Counted from the first letter of the stretch, positions 50,020 to 64,000 are shown. The stretch is DNA of 64,000 bases from Camelus ferus (GCF_009834535.1 NC_045696.1:77998001-78062000), one strand, 5' to 3'. The notes: a model not told the origin generated them from the letters alone. Made by a program: numbers and translations.

Positions 50020-52227
50020 ACTGAAGCTCAAGATACAACGTTCTTGATTAAAAAAATAAAGAAAAACACACACACGATACAATATTCTAGAACATGAAAC
50101 TATATCTTATTTGGGGATTTTATTCTGGTGATCAGAGCTGATGATCTGTTTTGACGTACTAACATGGTTACATAAAAACTTAGGAGGACTATGTTGAACC
50201 CTTCATTTTCTGCCAGCACAATCACAAGGAGACAAAATCCTTTCACAGAAGTATCCAAGTTCCCTTTAGTTTTTTATATCTGCGCTCTAACACAAAGTCT
50301 ACCATATTGATGATCAGTGAACATTTCTTGAATGGATAATCAGAATGACTCCAGAGTGAATCCGGTAAACCTATGATGTCCCTGGACGTCAAAAGAAGAT
50401 TAAAGTCCCAACTCACAATTCAATGCTGACCATGCATTTGTAGAGGCTCAGTTTATTGTGTTCCATTGAGAGATGGTGACAATTGATGAAAACAATTACC
50501 CATGGATCAAACCAAAGAGTTGAGTAATCTGTAGCTAGAACCTACTAAATTAAAAACAGACAGGTCACAAAATCACTCTCCCCACACACATACCAAGTTT
50601 CCATCATTCAAAGTGCAGGTATATTTTAAAGTTGCTATAAAGGTAAATAACTGGCTTCTATGCCTATGACTTAAATTATACATCAGAGTAGTTCCTTAAA
50701 GACTTTAGGTAAGAAGCCCAGGGCAAAATTCTTTATAGTGCCTAAAAGTCATGTGCTGGGCTTTGCTTTTTATTTTTGTTAATTCTCATTAAAATGATTT
50801 AGGAATTTGTGCCTAGTGGCAAACTCACTATAGATGACCAATAAGCCAAAGTCTGGTGCTTTTATTCAAGATAAAAGCATTGAAAGAATATCTGATTGGG
50901 AAAAGAGAGGTAGCACATTTTTCAGTAAGTGTGAATGAAGTCAATGCAAATTCTCTTCTTTATATGGCATTCTCTGAATAATTCTGTAAAACTGCCTGCA
51001 AGGCTAATATATAAAATATATTGGAGACTAGTAAGAGATTAAAAACAATTTAGAAATTTTACCATGCACACAAGGCAAATACATGAGCCATTATTTGCAT
51101 ATGTTCTTAAAACATATATGAATCTCAATCTTTTAATCATTATGTCACATTTACTACACCAGGTACTTGCGGGAATCCTGTTAGGTATTTCAAATGTGAC
51201 TGTTTTCAGCAGTCTTGGTTTGTGAACTCCTTTCCTCTCTTCATTGTATCACTGCATAAATGTCACTGTATTAATAGATATCCTATCCCCATGAAATTCT
51301 ATGAATACTTAGGACTCTTCATCCCTTGAGATGAAGTTCTGTGCATCACACTTCCAAAGCAGCCTAAAATCATCATCATATTTCTCTGGTATTTTACAGA
51401 TAACACAGTATTTTATAAACCATTTAAACTTAGTCCTGCTTTAATTATTTCCAGCTCGAGTAACATATGTAACTCCAGGCATGGGTAGGTATATATAAGT
51501 TAGAATAAATTATTCAGTCAATTAATATTTACATTGACTTACAAAATTAAACATGTGATGTTTAATTACTTGGTAAAGCTTATCTTTAAATAAATCAATA
51601 TTGCAAGATAAACTCAGTTATTATTCTTATTAAAGTATATATAAATAATTAATAAAACATAATAAACAGTAAAGTCTAATTTAGATTGAATCAACTGTTG
51701 CTACAATATGCTTGTATTTGAAAGAAATTAAAAGCATTCACTGAACACACAATAGTTTAAGATTCAAAGCAAAGCAGTAGTTTTGTCTGGCTCTGAAATG
51801 AACGCACATAAAGTTATTTTCTACTCAATTATTACTCAACTGACATTCATACTGATAAACCAATTAGATACACTTACAATTTACTTTCATTCTAAAGGAA
51901 ACTAGCAGCAGTGGAGAAATGGCAAAACAGTTCATTATAATGATTTTATGTATGTTTATGCTTAAATATAGTGTGCATATGTATGAGTGACATTAGCATT
52001 ATGGCCCAAAGAAATTTATATTATTTTGCCAACAAAATTATGGTTTTGAGGCAATAGTCACAGTGGTAGAGAAAAAGTTCAAGACCTCTTATTCTTTATT
52101 GGAAGGAAAGACATATTCAGGTTTCCTTTCACCAAGAAGACAGGAAGATGTGGAGATCTTGGAAGAGTCTATGTGATTTAACATTCTATTCACTGGTTAC
52201 AGTGGGATTTGCAAAGCTTCATTTTAC

Positions 52228-52752
52228 TTTATATTTTAAATAAACTTTTTGAGGTATAATTTCCATTATAAAAAATTTGGTAGTTTTTAAGTTCATATTT
52301 CAATGAGTTTAAAAATATATATATGCTTATGTGTCCACCACCACTAGCAAAGCATAGAATATTTTGATTGCCCCCAAGTAAGGATATTTCTATTACCCAA
52401 AAGCATTTTCTTATGTCCACTTGCTGTCAATCCCTCAACCACCAATTTTGGCAACCTCTGATCTACTTTCTGTCTCCATAGATTAGTTTTTCTTTTCTAA
52501 ATTTTGATGTAAATGGAATCATACAGTGTGTACTATCTCACGTCTGTCCCCTTTTGCTCAGCTTAATATTTTTTAGATTCATTGTACTGTTGCTTAGGTC
52601 AATTGTTCCTTTGGATTGTAGAGTAATATCCCATTTTTTCTGGACTCTATCCATTGACCTATATGTATATCCTTACAAGAGTGCCACATTATTTGATTAC
52701 CATAGTTTTATAGAAATCTTGAAATCAGGAGGTACGAATGCTCCAAATTCCA
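52228..52752 (-). mobile_element. Old L1 (L1MD/ME-like) 3' end joined at ~52635 to an upstream ORF2 piece
   Basis: ttttgaggtataattt...ggcaacctctgatctactttctgtctccatagattag...taaatggaatcatacag, then ttctggactctat...ttgattaccatagttttatag. Confidence 0.8.
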
Positions 52753-53515
52753 GTTAATTTTTAATCTAATATACTTATTTAAAACTTAATAGAATATTAT
52801 TCCTTAATATCTAAAAATTTCTCAGAGCAATTTTGTTTTTAAAATGATGGCTATTTATGAAGAGAGGTGTCTAAAGATGTTCATTTTCTTGCTAATTAAT
52901 ACATAGCATAAGTGATTACAAATATAATCTTTAATATTAGAGATAAGGACTAAAAATCTTACATAAACTCTATAAAAATTATCTACGTCATGATTTAGAA
53001 AAAGTCAAAAGTGTACTAATCTTTAAACATATTAATTTTTACCAGGGTTTTACACTATCCTTATTTTGTCATGCTTCCTTTCAGGAGATGTGTAAGTTAG
53101 CAATTTTCTCTCTTCTGACCTCCTAAGTGACCAGTTTTAACAAAAGGAAATAGAAAAAGCTTCTTGGAAGACATCCAGAGTTCAAATGTTTGATGAGAAC
53201 AGAGTTCATAACTGATTTAGTTTGGCAAAAATAGAGTTCAGCATCCAACGATAATACAACCATGCTACTAGACAGTATCTACATTATATTCAAGAGTAAT
53301 GTGAAAATATTCAACTACCACGCACCATAGAAACTGACCACTCAGAATGGATTCTACTCAACTGGCTCAGGTATACTGGGGTGTATTGACTGAGTAACCA
53401 CTTGGATGTCAATTTATAGAAACACCCCTGACTAAGAAGCAGCAAGGAAAATGATGGCTAGATGGATGAATTGAAGAACTATGCTGCTTTTCCACAAATA
53501 TTTGATTTGAGATGT

Positions 53516-53905
53516 TATGATGGTTAATTTTATGTGCAGCTTGACTAGGCCATAAATAGTTGGCCTCATCCAATAGTTGAAGGCATGACAAAACAAAAAG
53601 GCTGACATTCCTCCCAGTAAGAGAATTGCTCCTACCTGACAGCCTTTGAACAGGGTATTCTCCTGCCCTTGAATTCCCACCGAAACATGGACTCTTCCTT
53701 AGTCTCAAATTTGCTGGCTTTGGGACTGTAACCATACTGGAAGCTCTCTGGGTCTCCTGTGTGCCAACTCACCCTACAGATCTTGAACCCTTGGACTTTC
53801 CAGCCTCTGTAATCACATGAGCCAGTTACTTATAATAAATAAATACAGAGACACACACACATTCTACATCCTACTGGTTCTGTTTTTCTAAAGAACTCTA
53901 ATATA
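53516..53905 (+). mobile_element. ERVL solo LTR (MLT2B-like)
   Basis: t(a)tgatggttaattttatgtgcagcttgactaggcca...cagcctctgtaatcacatgagccagtt...tcctactggttctgtttttctaaagaactctaatata. TSD GATGT (53511-53515) / GCTGT (53906-53910). Confidence 0.88.
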
Positions 53906-54477
53906 GCTGTAGCGATTCCAAGCGAGATCAAGTATAGAATTTAGGCAGATACATAATTCCTACAGCTGTTACAAAGATCTTAGGTTAATAATAACTACTG
54001 ATTAAACTCTAGAGTCTCACTCACTTCTTTTCCTAAAATTAAGTGCAGGAGTGGGTCATATATAAATTTTGAAGAGTTAAACATTAAAATTAATTCTGAT
54101 GTATCATGAAATGCTCACTTAATATTAAACATGCAATGTTAATACTGAAAGAAACAAATAATTGAAGCTGCTGATACAACAGTTTCAGTAGCAATTTCTG
54201 TGGGAAATTTTGGAGACATGGACCAAATTTTTCTCCTTTCTTATATTCCTGTGCCAGAACAGAGACAGGTTTATTCAAATCACATTTCCTGAGACAGTAT
54301 TCTTTTGGAGGTACTGTGTCAGCCTTCTGGGAGTCAAAGACAAATGTATCCACTTCATTCCTCAGAAGTCTTTTACTTCCTCCCCACTCCAGCCCACAAG
54401 ATGGGGACTGGCACTTCCAGATACAGTAAGGCTTTGTGGATGGGGCTTTTAGCTTCATCTATAACAATTTAATTGTT

Positions 54478-54732
54478 AGAGATGCATAGCATTGTGGGTA
54501 AGCGCACAGGCTTTGGAACCAAACAGCATGGGTTTGAATTCAAACTCTCACAGCTATCATCAGCTGTGTAACTGTGGCAAATTATGTAACCTTTGTGTCT
54601 CATTTCCCTCAACTATAAAGTGGGGATAATCATACCTTCCTCACTGTGTTGTGATAGGGTTACTGAGTTGATGCATGTAAAGCATTTGTAACAGTGCTTG
54701 GTGTATAATGAACACTTTTTAAGTGTTTACAG
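54478..54732 (+). mobile_element. MIR SINE, near full length
   Basis: gcatagcattgtgggtaagcgcacaggctttggaaccaaacagcatgggtttgaat...ggcaaattatgtaacct...gcatgtaaagcatttgtaacagtgcttgg. Confidence 0.88.
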
Positions 54733-55671
54733 TTTTTACTGTCTAGGTAGCTAACTGTTTTCTCTTGCTGCTATAGGTGTCATTAACATCATTTTTGTAC
54801 TTTGCTGATACTTGAAATACTTACTCATTAAAAATTTTAAAGAAAAATGCTAGAGAAACTTAAGTACACTTTACACTAACAGTTGAACTGTATGGTATCT
54901 TTGATTTAATCTGAAAAATAAATATGTCCCCATGAAAGTGTTATGAGTTAGCACTCTACTGAAAAGACATGAAGACCTAAATAAACATGCAGTCATGTAT
55001 AGAACAAGATAATATTGTTAAATGACAACCTTCCATGCAATAAGTTTTAAATTAAAATTACCTTGAAAATGTTTGTAGGAGTATATAGCTAAAAATAAAG
55101 AGAAAAATTAAGAAATTTTGGAAAAATAAGAGAAGCGGCATTATCAATTTGGAGAATATGAAAAGTAGCAGCATTAAAATAAATACATATTACAAAGATA
55201 TAAAAATAAAAGATGTGTCACTACTACAGAAGCCAACAAGCCATGGAATAAAACAGAGAATCCAGAAGATCTGTGGACATCAAAGAGGTAGCCCCACAAA
55301 CAATGAGGGAAGGATGAATTCAAAAAATACTGCTGGGAAACTGGCTCATTATTTTAGATCTTGGAGTTACAAAAGTCTTCAAAACCCAGTATTGCTGAAT
55401 TTCTGCTGTAAAATCTTCTCTCACTGCCAGAGTAGACATAGTATCCTTAATAAGTGCTTACGGTAACACCTTGGCTCACACGACAACCTGCAAATACCCG
55501 CCTCTGCCAGCTGGGCCCGCTGAGGTCCATGAAGAAGCTGCAATATTAAGTCTCCCTGCCAGCCTACCCTTCCTTGTCCCACGGCTAATCTCTGTGGTCT
55601 GAATACATTTATCCTACTTTTCTAGAATTTTCCACCATTCAGGACCAACGTTTACATCAAAATTAACAAAG

Positions 55672-55964
55672 ACAAACGAACTTATTTACAAAACAGAAAC
55701 AGACTCACAGACATAGAAAACAAACATGGTTATGGGTTGGGGGATAAACTGGGAGTTCGAGATTTGCAGATACTATTACACAAAAAATAGATAAACAAGG
55801 TTCTACTGTACAGCACAGGTAACTATATTCAATACCTTTTAGTAATCTATAATAAAAAAGAAAATGAAAAGGAATATATATATATATATGTATATGTATG
55901 ACTGAAACATTATGCTGTACCCCAGAAATTGACGCACTGTAAACTGACTATACTTTAACAAAAA
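55672..55964 (+). mobile_element. Camelid/artiodactyl L1 3'-UTR tail insertion (293 bp)
   Basis: acaaacgaacttatttacaaaacagaaacagactcacagacatagaaaac...tgtaaactgactatacttt followed by an A tail. TSD aaaattaacaaag (55659-55671) / aaaattaacacag (55965-55977). Confidence 0.9.
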
Positions 55965-56550
55965 AAAATTAACACAGCAACAGGCTGCAGCAAAAATGCT
56001 TATAAAGTTATTCTTTCTTCCTAATCTCAACAGATAACCTGCATTTTACAATTACTTTCCATAAACCTACTTGTTTTCACATAACTTCAGCTCAGTTTCT
56101 TTCTGAATAAATTCACAACTCTTGAACAAGTTTATACAACATAGTTGGAAAAAAGTAAAATTACAAACAATAAAATGTTCAGTTTAAATCTTTAGTTCAC
56201 TTTGACATAGAATATTTTGTATAATGACTTCTGTCAATATATAACCCTTATTTCCTCAACCAAATTTAGTATCTTCCAAGAGTAGAAATCATTGACATGA
56301 TTAATACATATTAGGGATTTAATATAAGAAATATTATATTTCACAATATGATGATATGTTATAAACATGTTAATGCTTTGCATTTTAAACATGTAAAATA
56401 AGTGATCATTTAAAATATAGATGTAGACAGTATGGTTTATAAAATATGTCACATTGTAATTGCTTTAAATGTAATAGTTATAAAGTCAAAGATGCAAATA
56501 CCAACCATAAAGAACAAAAAGGTAAACAGAGGAATAAAAAGAAAAGCTTT

Positions 56551-56843
56551 ATAATACAAAACAGAAACAGACTCACAGACATAGAATACAAACTTGTGGT
56601 TGCCAAGGGGGCGGGGGTGGGAAGAGAGACTGGGATTCCAAAATTGTAGAATAGATAAACAAGATCATACTCTATAATAGCACAGGGAAATATATGCAAG
56701 ATGTTATGGTAGCTCACAGAGAAAAAATTTGACAATGAATATATATATGTTCATGTATAACTGAAAAATTGTGCTCTACACTGGAATTTGACACAACATT
56801 GTAAAATGATTATAAATCAATAAAAAATGTCAAAAAAAGAAAA
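56551..56843 (+). mobile_element. Young camelid L1 3'-UTR tail insertion (293 bp)
   Basis: Closely similar to the 3' UTR of the 12430-13344 element. Perfect 15-bp TSD AAAAAGAAAAGCTTT at 56536-56550 and 56844-56858, at a T|AAAA L1 endonuclease-type site. Confidence 0.92.
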
Positions 56844-57689
56844 AAAAAGAAAAGCTTTGAGGACAAAGCACAAATAGTTAAAAAAAATCAAATTACATTA
56901 CTTATTTGATTTTATTAATTTCCTCCCAACAAACTGCCACATGAGTAAGTAACACTATCAGATTGAATACAAATCAGTGTACATTAATTCTCCATCTTAG
57001 CAGCTCAGAGCCTTCCCCTAGAAATAGCCACTTAAATAATTTTACTTTAAAACAAGAAAGTCAACAGTAATGTCACAGGATTTATGTTTTGTTTTGTTTT
57101 GTTCTTTAATTCCAAAGGACTGTTAACCCCATTTTAAAACAGACGAGGAAAGTGAGATCTTCCTATTGTAACTCCATGAAGCATTATGTACAGTGTACAC
57201 ACTGCAACATACGGTACAACAGGTACCAGACATTTTTAAAAAATTAAATGATGACTCTGTCTAGAAAAAATGCCCTTGTTGACTAGCCTACAACTAAAAT
57301 GTTTTATAAGATTTTAAAACGTGACCTGTGATCTCTTGTAGAAACTGTGTTAATGCATCATTTTTTTTTCCAGAAAGAATTAGGGTTCAAAATGATAGGA
57401 GGCAGAAATATCTTAAATAATGAAGAAACTACTTTGGCATCTGTAATTATCTGTAAAGACAGACATACCATAGGAAGCAAAGCACCTAAGGAATTAATGG
57501 AGTTACCCTGACACCATGGTTTCAAGATTATACATCTACTTACAAACTGCCTGTGAGAAACACTAGGACTCTCTCTAATCTGCGCAGGCTAAGTTTAGTA
57601 AATCTTGAAAGACGCCTGTGATCGCAACCCAGAAAATAATCTTCCCTGTTCCTGAGCTGACATGGCCATACAGGGTTCTAGTTTCACTA

Positions 57690-58160
57690 AAAGGTATGTA
57701 CAAGAATGCTCATAAAGCACCATTCATAATAGTTCCCAAATGGAAACAACTCAAATATCAACCAACTGCAGCAGGTACACACAGACTGTGGTGTATACGG
57801 ATACAATGAAAGATTTTACAACAAAGAGAATGGGCAAACCTACAGTAATACTCGACAACAATGTGGGTAAATCACTCTTACAAATATAATGCTGAGCAAA
57901 AGAAGGCAAGCAGTAAGGGTGTATCTCATAGATTCTAGTTACTATCGTTCAAAAAGCAAGACAGCATTAAATTATGTTATTATAAGTGTGGACAGTTGTT
58001 CTCGCGGCTTAGTGATTGAGCAGGGCTATGAGGATGGCTTCTGGTGTGCTGCCAACACAGGCATATAAACTTTATTAAAGTCATCTAGCACTGTGCTTAT
58101 GATTTATGCATTTTTCTCACTGTGTTTATGTGTGTATGGTACCAATAAAATTTTTATTAA
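57690..58160 (+). mobile_element. Old L1 (L1MC/MD/ME-like) 3' fragment
   Basis: atgtacaagaatgctcataaagcaccattcataatagttcccaaatggaaacaactcaaat...ggcttctggtgtgctg...caataaaa. Confidence 0.75.
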
Positions 58161-58274
58161 AAATGTAACCTTGTTAGAATAAAAAACTTAGAAACTGATT
58201 TTTCTGAATTGTACTCACTTATTAGGTCTTTTAGCACAAATTATTTAACTTAACTATACCTTAGTTCCATTTAA

Positions 58275-60018
58275 ATCAGAAAGGAAGAAAAAAAATTATG
58301 TTTGCAGATGACATAACATATAGAAAAGATTCCACTCAAAAACTCCTAGAACTGAAAAACACATTCAGTAAATTTGCAGAATGTAAAATCACTATACAAA
58401 ACCAGTCACATTTCTGTACACTAACAATGAATGATCTGAAGGAGAAATAAGGAAAACAACCACATTTACGATAGAATCAAAACAATGAAATACATAATAA
58501 ATGTAACCAAAAAGGTAAATCTGTACACTGAAAAATATGGGAAAAAAACTAAAGATACAAATATATGAAAAGATATCCCATGTTTATAGATCAGAAGAAT
58601 TAAAATTGTTTAAATGTCCATACTACCAAAAGTGCCCTACAGACTCAATGCAATCCTTATCAAAATTCCAATGGCATTTTTCACAGAAATAGAAAAACAA
58701 TCCTAAAATTCACTTGGAACCACAAACAACTCAAATAGCCAAAACAATCTTAAGAACAAAGCTGGAGACATCACACTTCGTTATTTCAAATTATGTTACA
58801 GAGCTGTAGTAATCAAAATATACAGTACTAGGATAAAAATAGACACATCAATGAAAGGAACAGAATCAACAGCCCCAAAATAACACCATGCATATATAGG
58901 CGCAATTTTTTCAGCAAAGGAGCCAAGACTATACAATGCGGAAAGGGCAGTCTCTTCAATAAATGGTGGTGAGAAAACTGCACAGCCACAAGCAAAGGAA
59001 TAAAAGTGGACTTGAAATCTTACACCACCCACAAAAATCAATCCAAGATGGATTAAAGACTTGAATGTAAGACTTGAAATCATAAACTCCTAAAAGAAGA
59101 CAACAGTGAGTAAGTTCTTAGAAATTGGTCTTGTCTGTATGTCTATATTTGGATTTTAACCAAAAGAACAGGCACCAAAAGCAGAAATAAACAAGTGGGA
59201 TTACATCAAACCAAAATGCTTCTGCTTAGCAAAGGAAGCAATCAACAAAATGAAAGGGCAACCTATGGAACAGGAGAAAATATTTGCACACCGTATCTCG
59301 GATAAGAAGTTAGTATCCAAAATATACACAGAATTCTTACAACTTAACAGCAAAACCAACAGTAGCAGCAGCAATGTAACACAAGCAGAAAATGGACAAA
59401 GGACCTGAACATTTTTCCAAGGTGACATATCTATGTCCAACAGGTATATGAAAAGAAGCTCAACGTCACTAATCATCAGGAAAACCCAAATGGAAACCAC
59501 AATGAGATATCACCTCACAGTTGTTACGGTGTCTATTATCAAAAAGACAAGAGATAAATGCTGGCGGTGATGTGAAGAAAAGGAAATCCTTGTACACCGC
59601 TGGTGGGAATGTAAACTGGTACAGCACCATGGAAAGCTATATGAAGGTTCTTCAAAAAAAAATTAAAAATGGAACTACCATGTAACATAGCAATCCCACT
59701 TCTGGGTGTTTATTCAAAGGAAACAAAATCACTGTCTTGGAAAGTGATCTGTACTCCCATATCTTCACTGCAGCACTATTCACAATAGTTAAGACAGGGA
59801 AACAACCTAAGTGTCTGTCCATCAACAGATGAATGGATAAAGAAAATGTGGTATAAATATATACTATTCAGTATTATTTAGCCTTAAAAAGAAGAAAATC
59901 CTGCCATTTGCCACAACATGGGTGTACCTGAGAGAGCATTATGCTAAGCAAAATAAGCCAAAGACAAATACTGCATGCTATCACATATGTGGAATCTAAA
60001 AAAAAAAAAAAAAAAAAA
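58275..60018 (+). mobile_element. L1 (L1MA-like) ORF2 3' half, ending at the internal 3'-UTR A-tract
   Basis: Begins near tttgcagatgacat (FADD) and continues as degenerate ORF2 to the C-terminus. Ends atatgtggaatct followed by A21 (59998-60018). Confidence 0.9.
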
Positions 60019-63000
60019 GTGAGGAGACTTCACCCAGTTCACCCAGATATGAACCATTTTTGAGGATTCTGACATCTGTCAATCTAGCAAGTTTCCTAAT
60101 AAGATGTTAAGATAGCTAATCAATTTAGTTAAAAATCTGGAAAATTCTGCCTAGATAATTTCCTGAATTAACTGATATTTTGACATAAATAGTTGTATCT
60201 TGCCTGTTCTTAAGGGCTATTAGCCTTCTAGGCAGGTAGAGGACTTACATTTATTCTAAAAACTGGCAAATACACATCAGAGGAATTGATTCAGATTTGA
60301 AGAAAAAGTCCAAGACAAAACAGACATTTTTAACTTTTTTTGTGTCCAGAATGAGTTTGGAGTTTGACTGGCAGCTAACAACAAGGACACTGTGCTCCCT
60401 GTCTGTCTTTAGATTATTCACACACATGAATCCAGACACCAAACATATGAGAGTATCTTTTTTTCTGTCAAACACAAGGGCAGTTGAGTTAAACACCACA
60501 AAAAATAGATTTCGTTATTATTATTTTAACGTAAAAATATTTCTGTTAAGAAATATTGTTTATTTTAGCTGATAAAGGAATCTGATTCCTGAAACCTGCT
60601 AAGAACAGGCATTGCCAAATGTTTGTGAATCCTAAGTCATAATAGAAATGTTAATAGAAAAAGAAAGCAATCTGTTGGGTTGATAAGCTAACTAAGAACT
60701 CAGCTTCTCTTATCAGGCCCCCACACAAATAACCGTGGCTTCTTTTACGCCATACACTAATTCATGCAGATAAGAAATATCAGAGTATTTTTCTTTCCAA
60801 GTGGAAAACAGAATGTAACAGTGTAAGAAAAATAAATATTCAGAGGTAACCCATTCCATCCCTAAAAGTATTTAGTTTCCAGGTGCTGAATATTTCATGA
60901 TCCTAAGCTCAGTATATATCTAACTTGTAGAAGCAGGACCAAGGAATTCAGTGTAAGTCATCTTTACACACACATACCCTCTGACACATATGCACACCAG
61001 AACAAAAGCAAATTAAAAAAAAAAAAAGAAGAAAAGAAAAAAAAAAAAACTAGTATCCTAGTGGAAAGGGGAAAAACATCCTTTACTCTTTTCTTTTGCA
61101 TTCCTAAAGCATTCAGCTTCCATTTACGTATAGGTACACTGCTTCTACAAATTAAACTAAAATTTTTGGAAAATAATCTTTTTGTTTCAGGATGAGCATG
61201 TGTTGTTTGACAGTGGGACTGTAAGGTGCTGAGAGTGCAAAGATAAATTAAAATAAGTTTCTGTTAATTAAGGACATTTATAGACTATTTTGCCCTTCTC
61301 CCTTTCCTTAGTCTGTTTCCTTGGAGACACAGTCAATCTGATTCCTTCTTCCAGGAAGATTAGAATCTTTAGGATAGAGGTAAATCTCTCTAGAGATTAA
61401 GCCTACTCTCCAGTTATACACGTAGAACTGTCTCCAAAGTGGCAGCCAAATAACCACTAGATACGTTAAAACATACTTCCAGAATTAGCTCAGGGGTCTC
61501 CAAGGAGATGTCCAGGAGACTGACACAAGGGGCAGACCCTTGTTCCACAAGCGGGTAAGACAAGTTACTATTTTTTTCTTCTGCTTTGCTGTATCAAATG
61601 TGTGAGACTCTGTTCTAACTTTGTAGTCAATTTCGTGCTACCTTACATGCAAGTAAATCTGTTAACACTTACAGAATGATGAATTATATTCTCTATCTTT
61701 AACACTGGTACAGGAGCTCTTTTTATTGGCAGAATTGCTTATTTCTCCAACAGGAGGAAGAAAAAGAACATAAAATGAGTACCAGCTGCATGTCAGAGTT
61801 GTTTGATGGAACAAAAACTCTTTGTAAATTACACTGAGGAAATAACTTCTGTTAATGTCACAAATTCTATTATTTCAGGTAGTCTAGATGGTAGCAGCAA
61901 ATCCAATGAGTATCTTACAAGTAGAAAGTATAAACAGCAGCGTCATTTGAGATTCATGCTTTGTGCTTTCTATCTGCCTAAGCATTCTGTTAATGTGAAA
62001 GTGAAGGCAAAGAGGTGATCAGGCTATTTTTAGCATATTGTAAACTGAATCTTAAAACATGCATGCAAATAGAGTTCATCTGAATCCTTATGAGAGTATT
62101 ATTTACATATATATATGTATGTACGTATTTTTTTAAATTTTGAGTCTATTCCCTTTAGCTAATTGCCAATGCTGGAATAAATGTATCTATGTCTCCATGT
62201 GGCTCTGGTGTTTCAATTTAAAAGTTTCTTACTAATCATTGCCATGGCTGATTTTGCTACTTCTAATGGGGATTTCTGTTAGTGAACAAAACCCTGAATG
62301 ACTGCAGAATGGAGGGGGTAAAAAAAAAAAAAAAAAAAAAAAAGAAAGTTACAGTGATAACAGCTACATATACCTCAGTCTTGAGAGTAAAGTCAGACCA
62401 AAGGTTGAGTCACAAACCCAAGGACATTGGGACAGAGGCTAAAAGAAATCAAGATTATCTGCAGAAGTACCACATTACCCTTCCCCTCTCTATCCAAATT
62501 TCCTCTTCATTAAGAGCTGCTGAGTTGCTGAATAAATGTAATAAACATTACCCAAACTTTCCTTGTAAGAACCATTCATATTTCTCTGAACCCTCTAGGT
62601 GGATTTCAAAAGTCTGCGGGACAAGAGATAGGTAGATTGGTGGGGATTTAAACAATTATCCAAAGTTAAATCATTTTTATCCAAATTATTTTCCTTTTTA
62701 CTCCCTTCCCCTGTCTCCTTCTTCCTGAGAACATTTAAGAAAATCAAAAGGCTCTAAAGGCTGTCATGGTGCTTTTAAAGTTGTAAAAGCAGCTGATGTG
62801 ACAGGCTTTCAAATAAAAACACATCCAGTAACTGTGGATTAAGCGTTCTTAAAAGCATACTAAGAATGGAAAGTTGTCCCTGACCAGCTCTATTAAGTAA
62901 CAGAACAGTAAATGACAATTTTCTGGTAACCTCACTCATGCCATACTCATCATAGATTGATCTGGGTTAATTGTAGGAATGTAAGTCAGGGCTTTCTAAT

Positions 63001-64000
63001 GTGTATAGAAAAATGTTTCAGTATTTTCATTTATCTGTTCATTTATAAAGCACATAAACATACTACATTTCTACTGTGTTAGAATTTACCATATTATAAA
63101 GTGAGTCAATTATAAAACATTTTAAAATGAATTTTAGGTGTCCATTCCTTAATTTGGTGGAGGAAATAAGTGATTAAAAATAGAGATATAAAAGCAGTAT
63201 AAAATATGATCCTTGTATTTAACTTGTGAAAATACAAATAATGTGTATGAAACAACAACAACAACAAAACATGACTAGAGTTTAAATGTGAGATCTGTGT
63301 TAGCTTGACTAACTAGAGAGGGCCTTACAAAAGAAGACAGTCTTGAGATAAGCCAAAGCGATGGCGAAGAGGTTGAACATTCTACATAGAAAATGAGATA
63401 GAAAATATCTGGAAAACAAGAACTAGATTCTTTGTCTAAACAAACTTGAAATATCCACAAAAATACATTAAAAATAGAATTTCCATGTCCAAATTCTTAA
63501 AAAAAAAAGCTTAATTATACACATGATATATTACATGAAATCTGATATTGTGGAAGGTTCTAGATCAAATATGGCATTCAATGCAAAGATAGTAATCACC
63601 TGTACAGATACACAAAGAGTTTGAGCATGCCTACATGTTTTCTATTTAAAAATCAGTTTTAATATTCTTTTAAAATGTGTTAGGTTTACTAGACTGATCA
63701 ATAAATTTACATAAAACAGTTGAACCTTGAGAAAATATAACTGCAAAAGGATTTTTAATCTATTATCAAAACCAGTAATATGTACAAGTGAGAGCTTACA
63801 GCCTGCTTTAAAAATCTTACACATGGAAAGTGATACTAGAAGAGGCAATTAACCCTAATCTTGTAATAACAAATTATACGAATTTTTTTAAGGAAAATAA
63901 ACCTAAGGATAAATGATCTAAAATTATACAATAATTAAATGCCTTAGCATTTATCTATACAGATGTTTATAGATGGAGGTAGATTTGGAAGTGAAATATG

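Larger units (their letters stand above)
1..64000 (-). other. NAALADL2: Intronic span of NAALADL2 (two large introns flanking the single exon)
   Basis: Only one exon was recognised, and NAALADL2 is known to have very long introns. Most L1 sequence is on +, i.e. antisense to the gene, which is the usual intronic bias. Confidence 0.75.

Noticed and set aside
1..64000. Novel multi-gene system, CRISPR array or prokaryotic/viral insert
   Set aside because: No long ORFs, operon structure, regular repeat-spacer array or compositional island was seen. The short ORFs are consistent with chance or with transposon remnants.

Overview
AT-rich, repeat-dense mammalian genomic DNA, not prokaryotic. The window lies inside the very large NAALADL2 gene on the minus strand. 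It holds one coding exon (29261-29402, 142 nt, LSLLEKAGFGGVLLYIDPCDLPKTANLSFMVSLNPGGDPSTPGYPSV) with canonical splice signals. The rest is intron filled with L1, L2, MIR, MaLR/ERVL/ERV1 solo LTRs, hAT and Tigger MITEs, and microsatellites. Three short tRNA-derived SINEs of the camelid (vic-1-like) type, plus artiodactyl-type L1 3' UTRs, point to a camelid genome (alpaca, llama or camel). I found no evidence of a new multi-gene system. Five observations are most worth follow-up: (1) three independent ~293-bp L1 3'-UTR insertions that all begin at the same internal A-tract where another L1 ends; (2) an apparent 9-nt in-frame deletion in the NAALADL2 exon relative to human; (3) a 5'-UTR-bearing L1 lacking ORF1 next to the exon; (4) a cluster of interlocking hairpins at ~18.6 kb; (5) a compact FOX/ETS/AP-1/triple E-box motif block at ~19.1 kb. 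Repeat subfamily names and human comparisons come from recalled consensus sequences, and boundaries of old repeats are approximate.
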